From assembly GCF_006345805.1 (NCBI RefSeq), contig NC_042999.1, positions 144,460,001 to 144,524,000 on the forward strand: 64,000 bases of DNA, read 5' to 3'. Positions 1-12,296 of the stretch are shown here, one piece after another (positions within the stretch are counted from its first letter, which is position 1; each line of letters opens with the position of its first letter). The DNA comes from Octopus sinensis (taxonomy: Eukaryota). The translations under genes and the position numbers were made by a program. The notes beneath the pieces were generated by a model. The model ran no database searches. It was not told where the DNA came from and saw only the letters and a list, made by a program, of their open reading frames with translations.

Positions 1-2251
1 CCCCTGCATGGGCACAGCCCAGTGAACGAACCAGTAAAAATTCGAAAGTTTTATTTAAAAAAAAGTGACCTAACTATATTTTTAAAGATATATTTATTAA
101 TCTTATCTCAACTCTCTAGGTTTAAGTAGTGTGTGTGTGTCTTTCTCTCTGAACACAGATGTTGTCTTTCCTCAAAGAAAAACATGAAATAAATAGGACA
201 GATAAAGACTTTCATGTGAGCTGAGTGAGCAACTATGTAAAAGCTCCCTCGTCATTGTGTTGTGTTCAAGATATCTTTCGAAGTAATATACATTTAAGAT
301 ATAAATATGTTTAACTGACTGACTCATACTGTTCTGACTTTAATTAGCATTTCATTGTGTTGTTATTTAACTACAAATTAGCCTGATGATCGAATGTGTT
401 CCAGCCATAAAAAACATCTACAATACCCACTGAGCCCTTTTTTAAAAATAACAGTAGAGTCTGATCTATGGGAATTAGTTGCTATTTCTATCATGTCTTG
501 TCACCACATAGAGACAGCTTCTTACTTAAACCACAATCCTATTTCTAAAACCCATCCCATTTAAGCTATGTGAAAATTGAATGGTGAGTAATATATGAAT
601 CAGAGATAGCGTGACTTGTTAGTTTAAGTGTTGGCAACTCATAGCCCTTCTCGTTAACTGTTTTTACTCAGTCTACCTATCTGTAAAATAAGAATCAATC
701 ACAAGCCAAGATGCCTTTATATAGTTGCTCAGTCTGCTAGAAATAGCAATCAGACTTTTATCAAACTATATTTTTCAATCTTAAAGAAATATGGGATACA
801 TTGGATAATGTAGTTGTACATGCAATTGACAGGATGGCTATAACTTCAACACTTTTGATCATAATGCTGCTCAATCTAAGCTGAACTAGAACTAAACAGC
901 AAGCATTAACCATGTGCATATCAAGCAGATCTTTTCAGTTTGACACACTTCTTCCAGTTGTATTCAAAATTTCTATATGGTGTAGTTTTTCATTCCAATT
1001 ACAAAAATCACAACTTTTTTTTTTAAGAAATTAATGAAAAATGTTACAAATGGTCATGTGGTTTCAGGTTCAGTCTCACTACATTGTACCTGAAGCAAGT
1101 GTCTTCTGCTATAGCCCTAGGCCAATCAATGTCTTGTGAACAAATTTCATTGATAAAAACTGAAAGAAGCCTGTCATGTATATGTGTGTGTGTGTGTGTG
1201 AAGTGAAAGCGTATAGAAAATGCACAAACAAAAATTAAAAAACATAATGAATGCACAGGTGAACGGGAAATGTATAGTGAGTGCACAAACGGACAGAAAA
1301 CAAAAACATTCCCTAATTCTTCATCAGTTATCAACCAGATGGTATTTCTCAGTTTTTTACCATTTTGTCCTTGAAAAGACAAAAGGCAAAAACAACTTCA
1401 ACAGAATTTGAACTGAGAATGTAAAGAACTGTAACAGATATTGCAAAAACATTTTTCTAATGCCCTTACAATTCTGCCAGCTTTCCACACTATTAATAAT
1501 AATAACAGTAGTTTCAAATTGTGGCACAAGACTAGCAGTTTTCAGGGTTGAGGTTAGTCAATTACATCAACCCCAGTTTTCAATTGGTACTTACCTTATT
1601 GACCTTGAAAAGATGAAAGGCAAAGTCAGCCTCAGCAGCATTTGAACTTGGAACATAAAGATGGACAAAATGCCACTGAGCATTTTGTCTGGTGTTCTAA
1701 CAATTCTTCCAGCTCACCACAATAATAATAATAATAGTCCTTTCTACTATAGGCGCAAGGCCTGGAATTTGGGAAGAGAGGACAGAACAAGTCAATTTCT
1801 TATCAATCCTGAAGCGACAAAAGGCAAAATCAACCTCAGCAGAATTTGAACTCAGAACATAAAGACAGATGAAATGTCACTCAGCATTTTGTCCAGTGTG
1901 CTAATGATTCTGCCAGCTCACTGCCCTAATAATAATAACATGGTGATCTTGAACCTACTCATGATACTTGATAGAAACAGGTATAGCTATGGGATTAAGA
2001 AATTTTCTTTGCAGCTGCCTGGTTTCAAATTCAGTTCCATTGTGTGGCATATTTGGCAAACACACTCTGAGATTAACATAATTAATTGCCTATTTTTAGC
2101 ACTGACATCTGGCCCTTTGGTGGTTTGTCAGAGTTCATTGTCACAAATATTTGATCCAGGCCTCTGATTTGAGAATAACCCTTCCCCATTCCTACAAGCC
2201 ACAGATACCCTGATAAAATTAATGAATGAACATTAGTATCATTCTCTAAGT

Positions 2252-2880
2252 CAAGTGTTTTCAAACTTTTCCTTCCAGCATACCCCTTTATCATGTGCAT
2301 CTGTGTTGATGTACCTTGTGAAGAATATATTGAAAACTGTTTGGGTGCTGTTGTGCAAACAATAAACATGTCTTACTTATTAATGTTATTTAATTTAATG
2401 TGTTCAAATCCTGTTGTGGTCAGCTTTAACTTTCATCTTTCTGAGGCGGAGGGTCAATAAAATAAAGTACCAGTCAAGTACTTGAGATAACTGTTCTTTC
2501 CCTCAAAATTTCTGACGTTGTGCCTATGTAAGAAATTAGTTTAGATTTAATGTTACATTTTTAATGAGGTGGATGACCTTGGCTTTTTCTAACATGTAAC
2601 TCAATTCTAAGTACAGTTTCATAGATACACACCTGCATATCATTGTCAATTGGCAGTCTTAAATGAAATTTGTTTTCACTTAAAACATTGTTGGAAACTT
2701 TGTTCACAAAGTTAAACAGATCAGAACAACAGAAGGCTTTACATGCATTTTCTGTATACACAAGTTTCTTTTAGTTGGTTTTGATTATTTCAAAATTCTA
2801 GGTTTTTATGAGCTTCATATACCCTGTGTCTTTTCTTGCATACCTCTGGGAGTGCACATATCCTGGTTTGAGAACTTCTC
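2252..2880 (-). mobile_element. Internally deleted hAT (Charlie/Buster-type) DNA transposon
   Basis: Ends CAAGTGTTTTCAAAC and GTTTGAGAACTTCTC, flanked by ctctaagt (2244-2251) and ctttaagt (2881-2888), a 7/8 match of an 8-bp TSD. Minus ORF 2561-2761 (RLPIDNDMQVCIYETVLRIELHVRKSQGHPPH) resembles a Charlie/ZBED transposase C-terminus. Confidence 0.72.
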
Positions 2881-3229
2881 CTTTAAGTCATGTTTAAAGA
2901 TATTTATACAAGAAACCTATTTAACAAAGTTGGTAGTACACACCATTTCATAAAATAAATGTCATATTTTTATGTAACATAATCGTAAGTGCAGTATCTT
3001 CTGAAACAGGATATACTGAGTCATATCATTGCATAAATTTGAATGCTTTAAAAACAGATTAACAACCAGAGTACATGAGATAAGCAGTAAAACAGAAATA
3101 GTGCAAAAGTATAGTAGTTAATGGTGATACATCCTGAAAAGTTGACTCATACCAACTATATATCCTTTGTAAATACACTACATGAAAAAAAGCAATAATT
3201 TTTTTTTTTTTTTTATCTTATCACTTCAG

Positions 3230-3318
3230 GTTTCAGCCAGATGTGCTATACTGCTGTAGCAAATTTAACTTTTCAAAACCAATCACATCCTGATCAGAAA
3301 TTCATGTTTTCAAAAAAG
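3230..3318 (+). CDS. ASH2L: ASH2L coding exon (first found in window)
   Basis: Poly-T tract then cttcag|GT TTC, donor AAG|gtaatt. Reads FSQMCYTAVANLTFQNQSHPDQKFMFSKK, like vertebrate ASH2L EMCLSALANLTW...KTMFSKDK. Phase 1 to 0. Confidence 0.88.
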
Positions 3319-3882
3319 GTAATTTTTTTTAACAGTTATCTATGTGTTTCCTTGTAATAGTTTGGAACTCAAGACAGCCTATATGAGCTGTGTGTAAAAA
3401 CAAAAAGTAATGGTATATGGCAGTGAAACATAAACAGTGATTGGAAAGAGAGAAATAAGTGGATAGTTTGCACATAGTCTGACCAGTTGTAAATTATGAT
3501 TGATAGTTTAAGATAGGCAATTTCACTTTGGTGTGTTACATCATCATCATTTAACGTCCCCTTTCCATGCTGGTATGGGTTGGACGCTTTGACAGGTCTG
3601 GCAAGCCAGTGGGCTGCACCAGGCACCAATCTCATCTAGCAATGTTTCTACAACTGGATGCTCTTCCTAATGCCAACCAATCCAAGAGTGTGGTGGGTGC
3701 TTTTTATATGCCAGTATCACGGCACTGGCATCGACCACATTCAGATTGTGCTTTTTTACATGTGGAAGTTAATTGTTTAATACAGATCAGATTTAATCAA
3801 ACAAACCTATGATTAACAGTGCTTCAAGTGTGATTATTTCTTATACTCTTAATTATAGTATATCTAAGACTGTGTTATTCAA

Positions 3883-4163
3883 TACGGTTCTATATTTAAG
3901 AGATGAGGAATTATGTACATTATTTACATTTGACAGATATTTGTCCTCATCTTGTTTGTTGTTAACACGTTTCGGCTGATATATCCTCCAGCCTTCATCA
4001 GGTGCCCATAGGCATATGGCGTAGTGGTTAAGAGTGCAGGCTACTAACCCCAAGATTCTGAGTTCGATTCCAGGCAGTGACCTGAATAATAATAATAATA
4101 ACATCAAAAAATACCTTAGGAATGAGAACCCATGTTCGAAAATTACCCAAAATACCTAATGAT
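3883..4163. mobile_element. tRNA-headed element with Penelope-like hammerhead tail; tail inverted upstream of head
   Basis: On +: tRNA-like head 4011-4082 (A box TGGCGTAGTGG, B box GAGTTCGATTCC), (AAT)n, then tail start truncated at ACCTAATGAT. On -: 3883-4004 holds the rest of the same tail; the copy at 23142-23286 joins both halves collinearly. Confidence 0.7.
3963..4004 (-). ncRNA. Minimal type I hammerhead ribozyme motif, degenerate (family 1)
   Basis: Minus strand reads CAC-CTGATGA-A-GGCTG-gaggatatat-CAGCC-GAAAC-GTGTT. Both cores and a 5-bp stem II are intact; a 3-nt deletion versus the 23190 copy (GAAATGTTGTGT) removes the cleavage triplet. Confidence 0.65.
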
Positions 4164-5039
4164 ACATTCAAGGGTATCATTTAAGGGACACTTGGTTACT
4201 GATTTTATCTGGTCAAACAACTTCATGGACTTGTGATTTGAAGATTTTTTTTTTTCAGCCCCACATCAACTTTGGTTCAGCTGGCCAATGATCAAAGGTA
4301 TTCCATCTGTATCTACTTTGTCTTTTTATGGATAGTCAAAGATTATAATATACAGTGCATCTCTTCCTTAATGGTAGTGGTGAGGTGATTGCTATTTGTA
4401 GCAAGTCAAGTGAATATACTGAGATTCCTGTTTATTCCCATATTTTATATCCTAGCCTTCTACAGACTAGATTTTCATTTGGAAAGCTAGTACAATTGTT
4501 TAAGTGGACTAAAGTAGCTTGTTTTTTTTTTTTGTTTTTTTTTTTTGTAAATAGAGAAATTGTTGTGGTATACAATGTGTTTGGGCATTTTCTGTATTGT
4601 CCATCTTGTCATTGTATTCCTGCAGGTTCAGCTGTGGACACATTTGTTTGGCTTAATGGAATTAGCAGCTAAATCTCCCATACATACTTCCTACAGAAAA
4701 AGATAGGATAGTCGTTTCTGCTGATGGTGGATAGCTTTTATCACCTATGGCATAGTTAACCACACGTTAAAGCATGACCTACATAAAAGAGCTGCAAACA
4801 AGGTATTCCAAACTGCTTCTCAGTTGTGTAGTTGCTGTTGTTCATGATAATAATGTTGAAGATGATGGTAGTAGTTATTTTAGATTAAGTTGATAGTTAA
4901 AGTGTTATCACATACATATCTAAAATTATCAGTGTAAGCATATGAAATTACATTTATGGTCATAGACGTAATGAAGAGTTGTAAATTTCACTGGGTTATT
5001 AAACTCTTATCTTTTTTTTATTTTCTGTTTTTTTTTCAG

Positions 5040-5135
5040 GACATTATTCCCTATATAGATAAGAACTGGGAGAGTCTGACTACTATGCCACGACGAATTA
5101 AACCAACATGGCACACAACTATAGTTAAGACAATG
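5040..5135 (+). CDS. ASH2L: ASH2L coding exon (winged-helix region)
   Basis: ttttcag|GAC to ATG|gtgagt, 96 nt. DIIPYIDKNWESLTTMPRRIKPTWHTTIVKTM matches ASH2L DIIPFIDKYWE...TWPNNIVKTM. Confidence 0.95.
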
Positions 5136-5184
5136 GTGAGTTTACTGAGTGATGACGATGATGAGGAGGAGGAGGAGGATTATT

Positions 5185-5580
5185 AAGCTAGCAAGATGAC
5201 AGAATCATTAATACATTAGACAAAATGCTTAACATTTCTTCCAGCTCTTTATGTTCTGAGTTCAAACACTACTGGTTAACTTTGCCTTTCATCCTTTCAG
5301 GGTTAATAAAATAAGTACCATTTAAGCACTGGGGTCAATGTAATTGACTTGCTTCTCTCCTCAAAATTGCTGGCCTTGTGCCAAGAATTAGAAAGGATTA
5401 TGGCAGTGAACTGGTAGAATTGTTAGCTTCACATTCTTAGTTCAGATTCCGCCAAGGTTGACTTTGCCTTTCATCCTTTTGAGATCAATGAAATTAAGTA
5501 TCAGTTGAACACTGAGGGTGATATGATTGACTTGTTCCCTTTCCCAAAATTTTAGGCCTTGTGCCTATAATAAAATGGAT
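5185..5580 (+). mobile_element. Two tandem tRNA-derived SINE copies (family D here)
   Basis: Each has a GTTCA(A/G)A B-box-like motif followed by ACTTTGCCTTTCATCCTT...AAGTACCA...CACTG. Further copies near 1.3-1.9, 2.4, 36.3, 46.6-47.0, 52.1 and 55.0 kb. Confidence 0.75.
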
Positions 5581-5786
5581 TGTTATTATTCTTTACAACT
5601 GTGGTTTTGTTGGAACTCTTTGAGTCTTGCATGTGTAGGCAGGCTTGCTGTCTGCAGCCTATGGTAACGTACTATCTGTTCTTTTCAGCTATCTAATACT
5701 TTCATGATTATTCTGGCTGTGCCAAGGAGGTAAACCATTTGTAACAGTTCTATTTTTATTATTATTGTTAAAGTAAAATACTGCTA

Positions 5787-5825
<39 letters not shown>

Positions 5826-5828
<3 letters not shown>

Positions 5829-6014
5829 GTTAATCCAAACACAACAATGTGAGGATGTGGAACAAGTATAGTGTAATTGGACACTCAGGAAAGGAAAGAA
5901 AGAAAGAGGATTTAACGTTTTGAGTGGAGCTCTTTGTCAGAAACATAGCAAAAGGAAAGGTCCAAGGAAGAAAAGACGGAGAAAGAAAATCGCCAATGAT
6001 ACACATGTTGTCAC
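5826..6014 (-). mobile_element. Short hammerhead-bearing repeat between (TA)n tracts (Penelope-like, family 2)
   Basis: ~190-bp unit flanked by (TA)n on both sides, carrying the motif at 5911-5943. Penelope-like assignment is inferred from the motif only. Confidence 0.5.
5911..5943 (-). ncRNA. CpG-decayed minimal hammerhead ribozyme motif (family 2)
   Basis: Minus strand reads TTT-CTGACAA-A-GAGC-TCC-ACTC-AAAA-CGTT-AAA. Reverting three TpG to CpG (+ strand 5921, 5925, 5935) gives TTT-CTGACGA-A-GAGC-TCC-GCTC-GAAA-CGTT-AAA, a complete minimal type I fold. Confidence 0.65.
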
Positions 6015-6371
6015 ATATATATATATAAAAGCACCCAGTTCACTCTGTAAAGTGGTTAGTGTTCAATTGGGAAGCAAATTTCTTAACCATACAACCATTC
6101 CTGTGCCTGACATATTTGTGTACAAGGGGGTGCTGGAAAGTTCCTGGCTTTGGGTAAAAGAAAATACAGGAGGATCAGTTAATTATGATTTTATTGAACA
6201 TACTGCCCTCTCAAATTCACACACTTATTTCAGCAAATCTTCTGTTTTTCTAAACCCTGTAAAAGCACTCAGTAGGTTGGGCTTCCAACCAGGACTTTCA
6301 TGATACCTTCAAAACAAGGAACTTTTCAACACCCCCTTGTGTATGTGTGTGTGTTTGTGTGTGTGTATATT

Positions 6372-6528
6372 AATGAAATTCCAACTTATTCTGATTTTCA
6401 CAGTTGTCAACTGTGGAACACTACTGTCTCTATATAAACCTGATGAAAGTATTAGTTTACTTCAGTAATGTAAAACTAGGAATTGCAAATAATAAAACAT
6501 GAAAATCAGGCTAAGCTGGAATTTCATT
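6372..6528. mobile_element. MITE-like element with 29-bp terminal inverted repeats
   Basis: 6372-6400 aatgaaattccaacttattctgattttca versus the reverse complement of 6500-6528 aatgaaattccagcttagcctgattttca, 26/29 identical. No clear TSD. Confidence 0.65.
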
Positions 6529-6568
6529 GATTAATATATTGTTCTATGCACACTGATACAAACTTATA

Positions 6569-6640
<72 letters not shown>

Positions 6641-7583
6641 TACACAAACACACACATATAACATATAGCTATCATCCACAAGCAAAATATGACTAGTGAC
6701 ATGTACCATGCTTTTGCTAATTGTTTTAGGTACTCGTGTAGTCATGAACTCACATAGACATCTTCTCTGGCCACTCCTTGACACTACAACTGGGAGGAGA
6801 CAATAATGCACTGGTATTTATGTTTGCATGCAGTAGTCTTACTCATAGTTGTGTCAGCTTCCATCATATATATATACACTCAACTGGAACCAGGTGCAGC
6901 TCACCAGCCCTAGCCAAGTTGTCCAACCCATGCTAGCATGGAAAACAGATATGAAATGGTGATGATGATGATGATGAGGATGATGAATATATCATAGTGT
7001 TAACCGTCAGAATAAAGAGTACTTAGTACCATAGTTGAGATTAATAATATATTTTATTTTGGTTGAGTTGCTCCTTTGCTATTCAGTTTCACTTGTGAGT
7101 ACACAGGGTCTTCGAGCAAGTTCCAGCTGACTTGTAATTTGCCTGAAGACCCTGTGCACTCACAGGCAAAACTCAGAGTAACAAGAGATTGACTCAACTA
7201 AAATATAATTTATTGTGTGTGCACACATACATACACACACATCCATACATATATATGTGTGTAACTTGACTGACAAAAACTTAGTGTAGGCCAAAGATGA
7301 AGGTCACTGCATAAAGAAGTGATATGTATATATATAGATATATATATACTATGTAGATAACACATCCCCACTCCCAGTAACATACCTTGTCCCATTCAGC
7401 ACTACTGATTGTCACACTACTTTGTTGCCAGTTAAATGGCTCCCCTTCTCCTCTCTAGATATACAGCATAATCCTTCTGTCCAAGAATCCTTCACCTCTA
7501 TGCTTGGGAAGGATATAAACTAATAGAACTATAAGAAAAGACAAGTAGGAAAATTTTGTTTTTACTTTTTGTTACTGTTATAG

Positions 7584-7655
7584 ACCAAAGACGCTGATAT
7601 TTTTATGTGCAGTGAAGAAATTCCTGGAGATCCTCATTTTGGCCTTGTAAATTCT
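7584..7655 (+). CDS. ASH2L: ASH2L coding exon
   Basis: ttatag|ACC to TCT|gtgagt, 72 nt, phase 0/0. TKDADIFMCSEEIPGDPHFGLVNS resembles SKERDVFLV...PKFGLLDQ. Confidence 0.88.
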
Positions 7656-7713
7656 GTGAGTACTTCATATTGTTTATATATACAATATTTCTTTCTTTCT
7701 GTCCCACTTTCTC

Positions 7714-7775
<62 letters not shown>

Positions 7776-7809
7776 CCCCTTTCTTTCATAACCTTTGGTT
7801 TATGTAAAT

Positions 7810-8037
7810 CAGTGGTTTTCAAGCATTTTTTACTTTTGGACCCTCATAGCCATTTGATGTTTAAAAGAGACTTTATTGTATATCTATAATTAAATATTAT
7901 TAGGAATTGTATAAAAAAAAATTGGTAAAATATTTTGTGTATTGTAGAAGTATAATAAATTTATTGCTCATAAATTTTAAGAACAAAATCTTATATGGAT
8001 TCCCAAGGGCCATATAGACCCCAGATGAGACCCACTG
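7810..8037. mobile_element. Non-autonomous hAT-Charlie-type MITE
   Basis: Starts CAGTGGTTTTCAA, ends TGAGACCCACTG. Perfect 8-bp TSD ATGTAAAT at 7802-7809 and 8038-8045. Confidence 0.85.
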
Positions 8038-8795
8038 ATGTAAATGAATGGTGAACATGGAAAAATAAAAATATCAAAAGAACTAGAATTCAAGGAACCT
8101 GAATAGTGATGGTGGTCTGTTTCACCAAAAATTGTTTTAAAAACCTACAAAATTGATAACAAGAAATATTTGTTTGCCTTGAGAAGAAGCAAGTGCTAAT
8201 GCCCATATCTTCAATGACAAGCCCTTATCTAAAACTTCAGAATTCAACTCTTCAAGGAAAATTAAACAAAGTACTCGAAGTGTTACTTGCTGATAATAAA
8301 TTTATCTTTCCATCTAAATTCAGTAACAGTTATTTCAATGATTTATAAAAATGTAAGAAATACTGACATCATGAAACAGATAAATTTCATAAGAAAGATT
8401 ATGACAATACTGCAGTGTAGAAGGGGTGGGGGCTTCTGATAAGCCAAAACTGCAACCTGCTTTTGATTCCTGTGAATGTTGTTGTTGCTGATCATGCAGA
8501 CTTATGATCAGTTGTACCATCCCGTGGCAATGTATTGAGAGCCTTGCTATCCAGTTCATCCCTCTTTTAAGACTGTAGAGTTGATGGCAATTTGGCTGCT
8601 ATTTCTAGCAAATCAAGCAACTTTGTGAAGGCTCCTTTAATTCAAAGAGCTGTATGTGGGATGGGGGTTGCAGGATTTGGCAGAAATTACCACATTTACC
8701 TTGTTTCTCAGTTTTTTATATATTTAAGTATAAGTTAATGTAATATTTACGTACTTAATATTCTTTTTCTCTTTCTGTTTGATTTTTGATTAAAG

Positions 8796-8895
8796 GACTT
8801 GGAGAAAATTAGTCCAAATTATGACCTTATAAAGAGTATCATTATGAACAAAGGTGCTGATCCAAAGGGCAGCAGTGGTTTATCAGAAGGGCCAA
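8796..8895 (+). CDS. ASH2L: ASH2L coding exon (linker start)
   Basis: Pyrimidine tract then taaag|GAC, donor CCA A|gtgagt, 100 nt, phase 0 to 1. DLEKISPNYDLIKSIIMNKGADPKGSSGLSEGP resembles DLSNIGPAYD. Confidence 0.88.
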
Positions 8896-9132
8896 GTGAG
8901 TGAATCGGTTTTTGCATTAAACTAGTATGAGAAGTAAAAATGTGTGTGGAAGGTGTGTATGTGTTCTTGATATATTTATGTATTTGTTTACACATGTGTA
9001 TCCAAGTTGTCCAATCCAAATTTCTATCTCTCTTTTCTATATCTATCTGTTTCTTTGTCTGTCTATAAGTACACATGTTTGCTTACATGCTGTTATATAT
9101 GTCTTGTGATCTGTTCACATATCTGCCCCTCC

Positions 9133-9218
<86 letters not shown>
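9133..9218. repeat. (TC)n microsatellite
   Basis: Directly visible. Similar tracts near 7709-7771, 18378-18455, 30253-30333 and 57990-58038. Confidence 0.95.
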
Positions 9219-9224
<6 letters not shown>

Positions 9225-11904
9225 TCTATCTCATACTCTCCAAAGTACCTGATTCAAATATAGAACTACTATCTATTTATGACCCAAGTATTTTAGTTTA
9301 CAATTTTTTTAGTAGATGAGAACGACCATCTTCATACTAAACAGACAATAAAGATAGTCTCCATTATATCAGACTAGCAGAAAGACCGCCCTCCAGGCAG
9401 TTTTCTGCCAGTCCCTTGATAATGTTTTCACATTTGATTTTTATATAATTCTTATATTTCACATCTAATTATTTATTTGTATAATAGTGCTCACTTGCTT
9501 AGTAAATATTGCTTTCATTATCTTATCACAGTCATAATCTCTCTTTTTTTAAACAAACATCACAGTTGTCCAAAACAGAGGGAGAAGCAGTTTGTCAAGT
9601 TTTACCTTCCCCTCAAAGCAACATAGCGATTTCAATTCAGCAACCCATCAGTAAGCTTTGTGGTGTCTGTATGTGAGAGAGAGAAAGAGAGAGCGCAGGA
9701 GAGAGAACATTACAAATAATTAATGATAAACATGAAATGAAAAAATCATAAATAAAAAGATATATATGCCCCCGAATTTGTTGCCTCATAACATCCAGAA
9801 AAATAGATACGTTTTGATAAAATTTTCTACAAATACCGCTTAGATGTTGTGGCTTCAGAGTATATAGAGATTTATAGGAAACAATTTTTCCAAGGGGGTG
9901 GAGAGGGGTTTTGGAAAATTCAATGATCTGACTTTTTTCGCCATAACTTTCAAGAAAATGGGGTTATCTTTTAATGAAAATTAATACAAATCCCTTTCAG
10001 ATGGCATAGATTACAATTATAAAGAAATTTATATGGGGAAATTTTTTCAGGATTTTCCCCATTTTTTTTTTAAACCACAGCCTTTGAAATGGAAACTTTT
10101 TTTTACAGCCGCTCCCTCATCATCCCACTCTGGACCTATTTTGGACAATTTTTTTTTTTTTGCACTTCAAAACCATGGGAAGAGCATTTTTGATAAAGAA
10201 ATTTTTTCAAATTGTCAGTATTTTCAAAGGGAAAAGTGAGTGATTTAAGGACAATTTGGCAGTTGTTTCTAGCGCATCCAAAGACAACCTTCCTCGTTTC
10301 TTCATCACTCTCACATATATTGATGTTTTGCAATATTTTTTCCTCATAAATACAATTACATTTAAATGCTATAAAAAAAAAAATTGAGAAATTATGAATT
10401 TTTTGCGACCCCACTCCCTGCACCCCAATTGTTTCTGTTTAGAAATTAAAATATTGGAGAACCTGAGAAGGTTATTACTGGCATTTATCCACAGTGATTT
10501 TTTAAAATTACAGAGATGCACTTGCATAGCAAGTGACTTTAGCTGAGATCGTGTGCTGAAACAAAAACAATTGCAGCATGGAAGATGTTTGTAAGTCATC
10601 CAAGAACACACAAAAACTGTTAGTTTCACAGCACTACTTAAATACAGAGGTCCCGATGCATCTACGTAACAATATGATGGGGAGGGCTAGTTTTAAGGTT
10701 AGAGCTAGGGTGTCATTACACGTCCACACAACGTACATTTAAAATGTTTTGTACATAACACCTGTATTTAATTAGTACCATTAAGAGACCTCTATTTAAG
10801 TAGTACCTGTTTCACTTCAACATTAAAATTTCATTTGTGTCGAAATATTTTCGTCACTTTGAAACTGCGACCTGTTCACTGACAGAACTTCACAAAAGTT
10901 ATGCAGCAAAGTTTTGTCAGTGAGAACATGCACGCACACACATTCATTGCTTTTCATTTGTGTGTGTGTATTGGTGTGTGTGCGTCACTTGAAGATACTC
11001 GTGCAACTCATTTGTGTATATTTTGGCTTAGTGGTACAGTGTTTGGAAACTGAATAAGGTGCAGATTTCAAGTACTTGTCAGTAACTTGTTGTTTTTTTT
11101 CTCCTTGTCTTCTAATAATAATTACCCAACTTTCTAAGCTCTTCTCACAGCTATCCTAGGTTCAAAAATTATACAAGTATTTCAAAAAATTTCATTCAGT
11201 AAATGTTTTTAAATTACATATACATTAATAGACTAAACTGTCAGTTTTCCAAAGAACAAATTAAAATTTAAGAAAAAGTGGGAGACTTTGCAAATGAAAA
11301 TGGAATACTCTGTAGTGAATGCAATGAATATTTAAATTTGCAAGAAATTGAAGTTTAAAAAATTCAGTAAACTTGAGAAATCAAAATTATAGGGAAATTT
11401 CTTAGAACATGAAGTTATAAAAATATGTCCAGACGGTCAACCTTTAATAATTGCTTTCTTTTAGTACTTTTAGTAATTGTTACATACCTAATTAATAAGT
11501 AGCTTTCTCCGTTATAGTATAAGATAGATATGAACTACATATTTTAAACTAGTAAAGAAGCAATACTTGAATAAAAAAACATTGTAACAGTATATAGTTT
11601 TCCATTGAAAACATTTTCTTGCATATTTGAAACAATATCTAGATTCACCTAAGTGAATATCAGATCTTTGTTAAATAACCTTATATCAAAAAGTCAGTAA
11701 ATAACAGACCATTCCAGTATTTCCTTTGCAAAGAAGCTATGTTTATGCTTCACCTTACAGGATTATCAAAGGTGACTTAGACTTAATACTAACCATTACC
11801 TAATCTCCTATATTCTCTCGTGATTACATTTTCTTTCATACTAGGGATCACTGTCCAAATGGTCACGAAATTGAAACAATGTTGCTTATGCAGTGACATA
11901 CCGT

Positions 11905-12296
11905 TATCTTTTACTTGTTTCAGTCATTAGAATGCAGCCATTTTCGGCACTGCTTCGAAGAATTTTTAGTCAAATGTATCAACCCCAGTACTTATTTATA
12001 TTTTAAAGCCTGGTACTTACTCTATCAGTCTCTTTTGCCAAACTGCTAGGGTTATGGGGATGTAAACACACCAGCACCAGTTGTCAAGCAGTGTGGGTGG
12101 AGGGACAAACAAAGACACACACACATGCATATATGTATATATATGACAGACTTCATTCAGTTTCCATCTACCAAATCCACACAAGGCTTTGGTCGGCCCA
12201 AGACTATAGTAGAAGACACTTGCCCAAGGTGCCATGCAGTGGGGCTGAATCCTGAACCATGTGAATGAGAAGTAAGCTTCTTACCACACAGACATA
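11905..12296 (-). mobile_element. tRNA-derived SINE (head A + microsatellite + body C)
   Basis: Collinear with 41711-42103 and 60872-61280 but more diverged. Confidence 0.8.

Noticed and set aside
4011-4082. tRNA gene (anticodon-loop-like CTACTAA)
   Set aside because: A and B boxes are present but the acceptor and T stems do not pair, and it runs into an (AAT)n SINE body. It is a tRNA-derived head.
6438-6475. Third hammerhead (CTGATGA-AAGTA/TACTT hairpin)
   Set aside because: The GAAA core after stem II is missing (CAGTAA).
9620-10640. Possible non-autonomous DNA transposon(s)
   Set aside because: Looks repeat-derived, but I could not define termini, TSD or coding remnants.
10840-10925. 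Hammerhead-like or regulatory hairpin (TCACTGACAGAACTT / AAGTTTTGTCAGTGA)
   Set aside because: No CUGANGA core; more likely the centre of a truncated palindromic transposon remnant.
11751-11777. 11-nt ASH2L microexon (cag|GATTATCAAAG|gtgact)
   Set aside because: Frame-shifting length and no supporting evidence.
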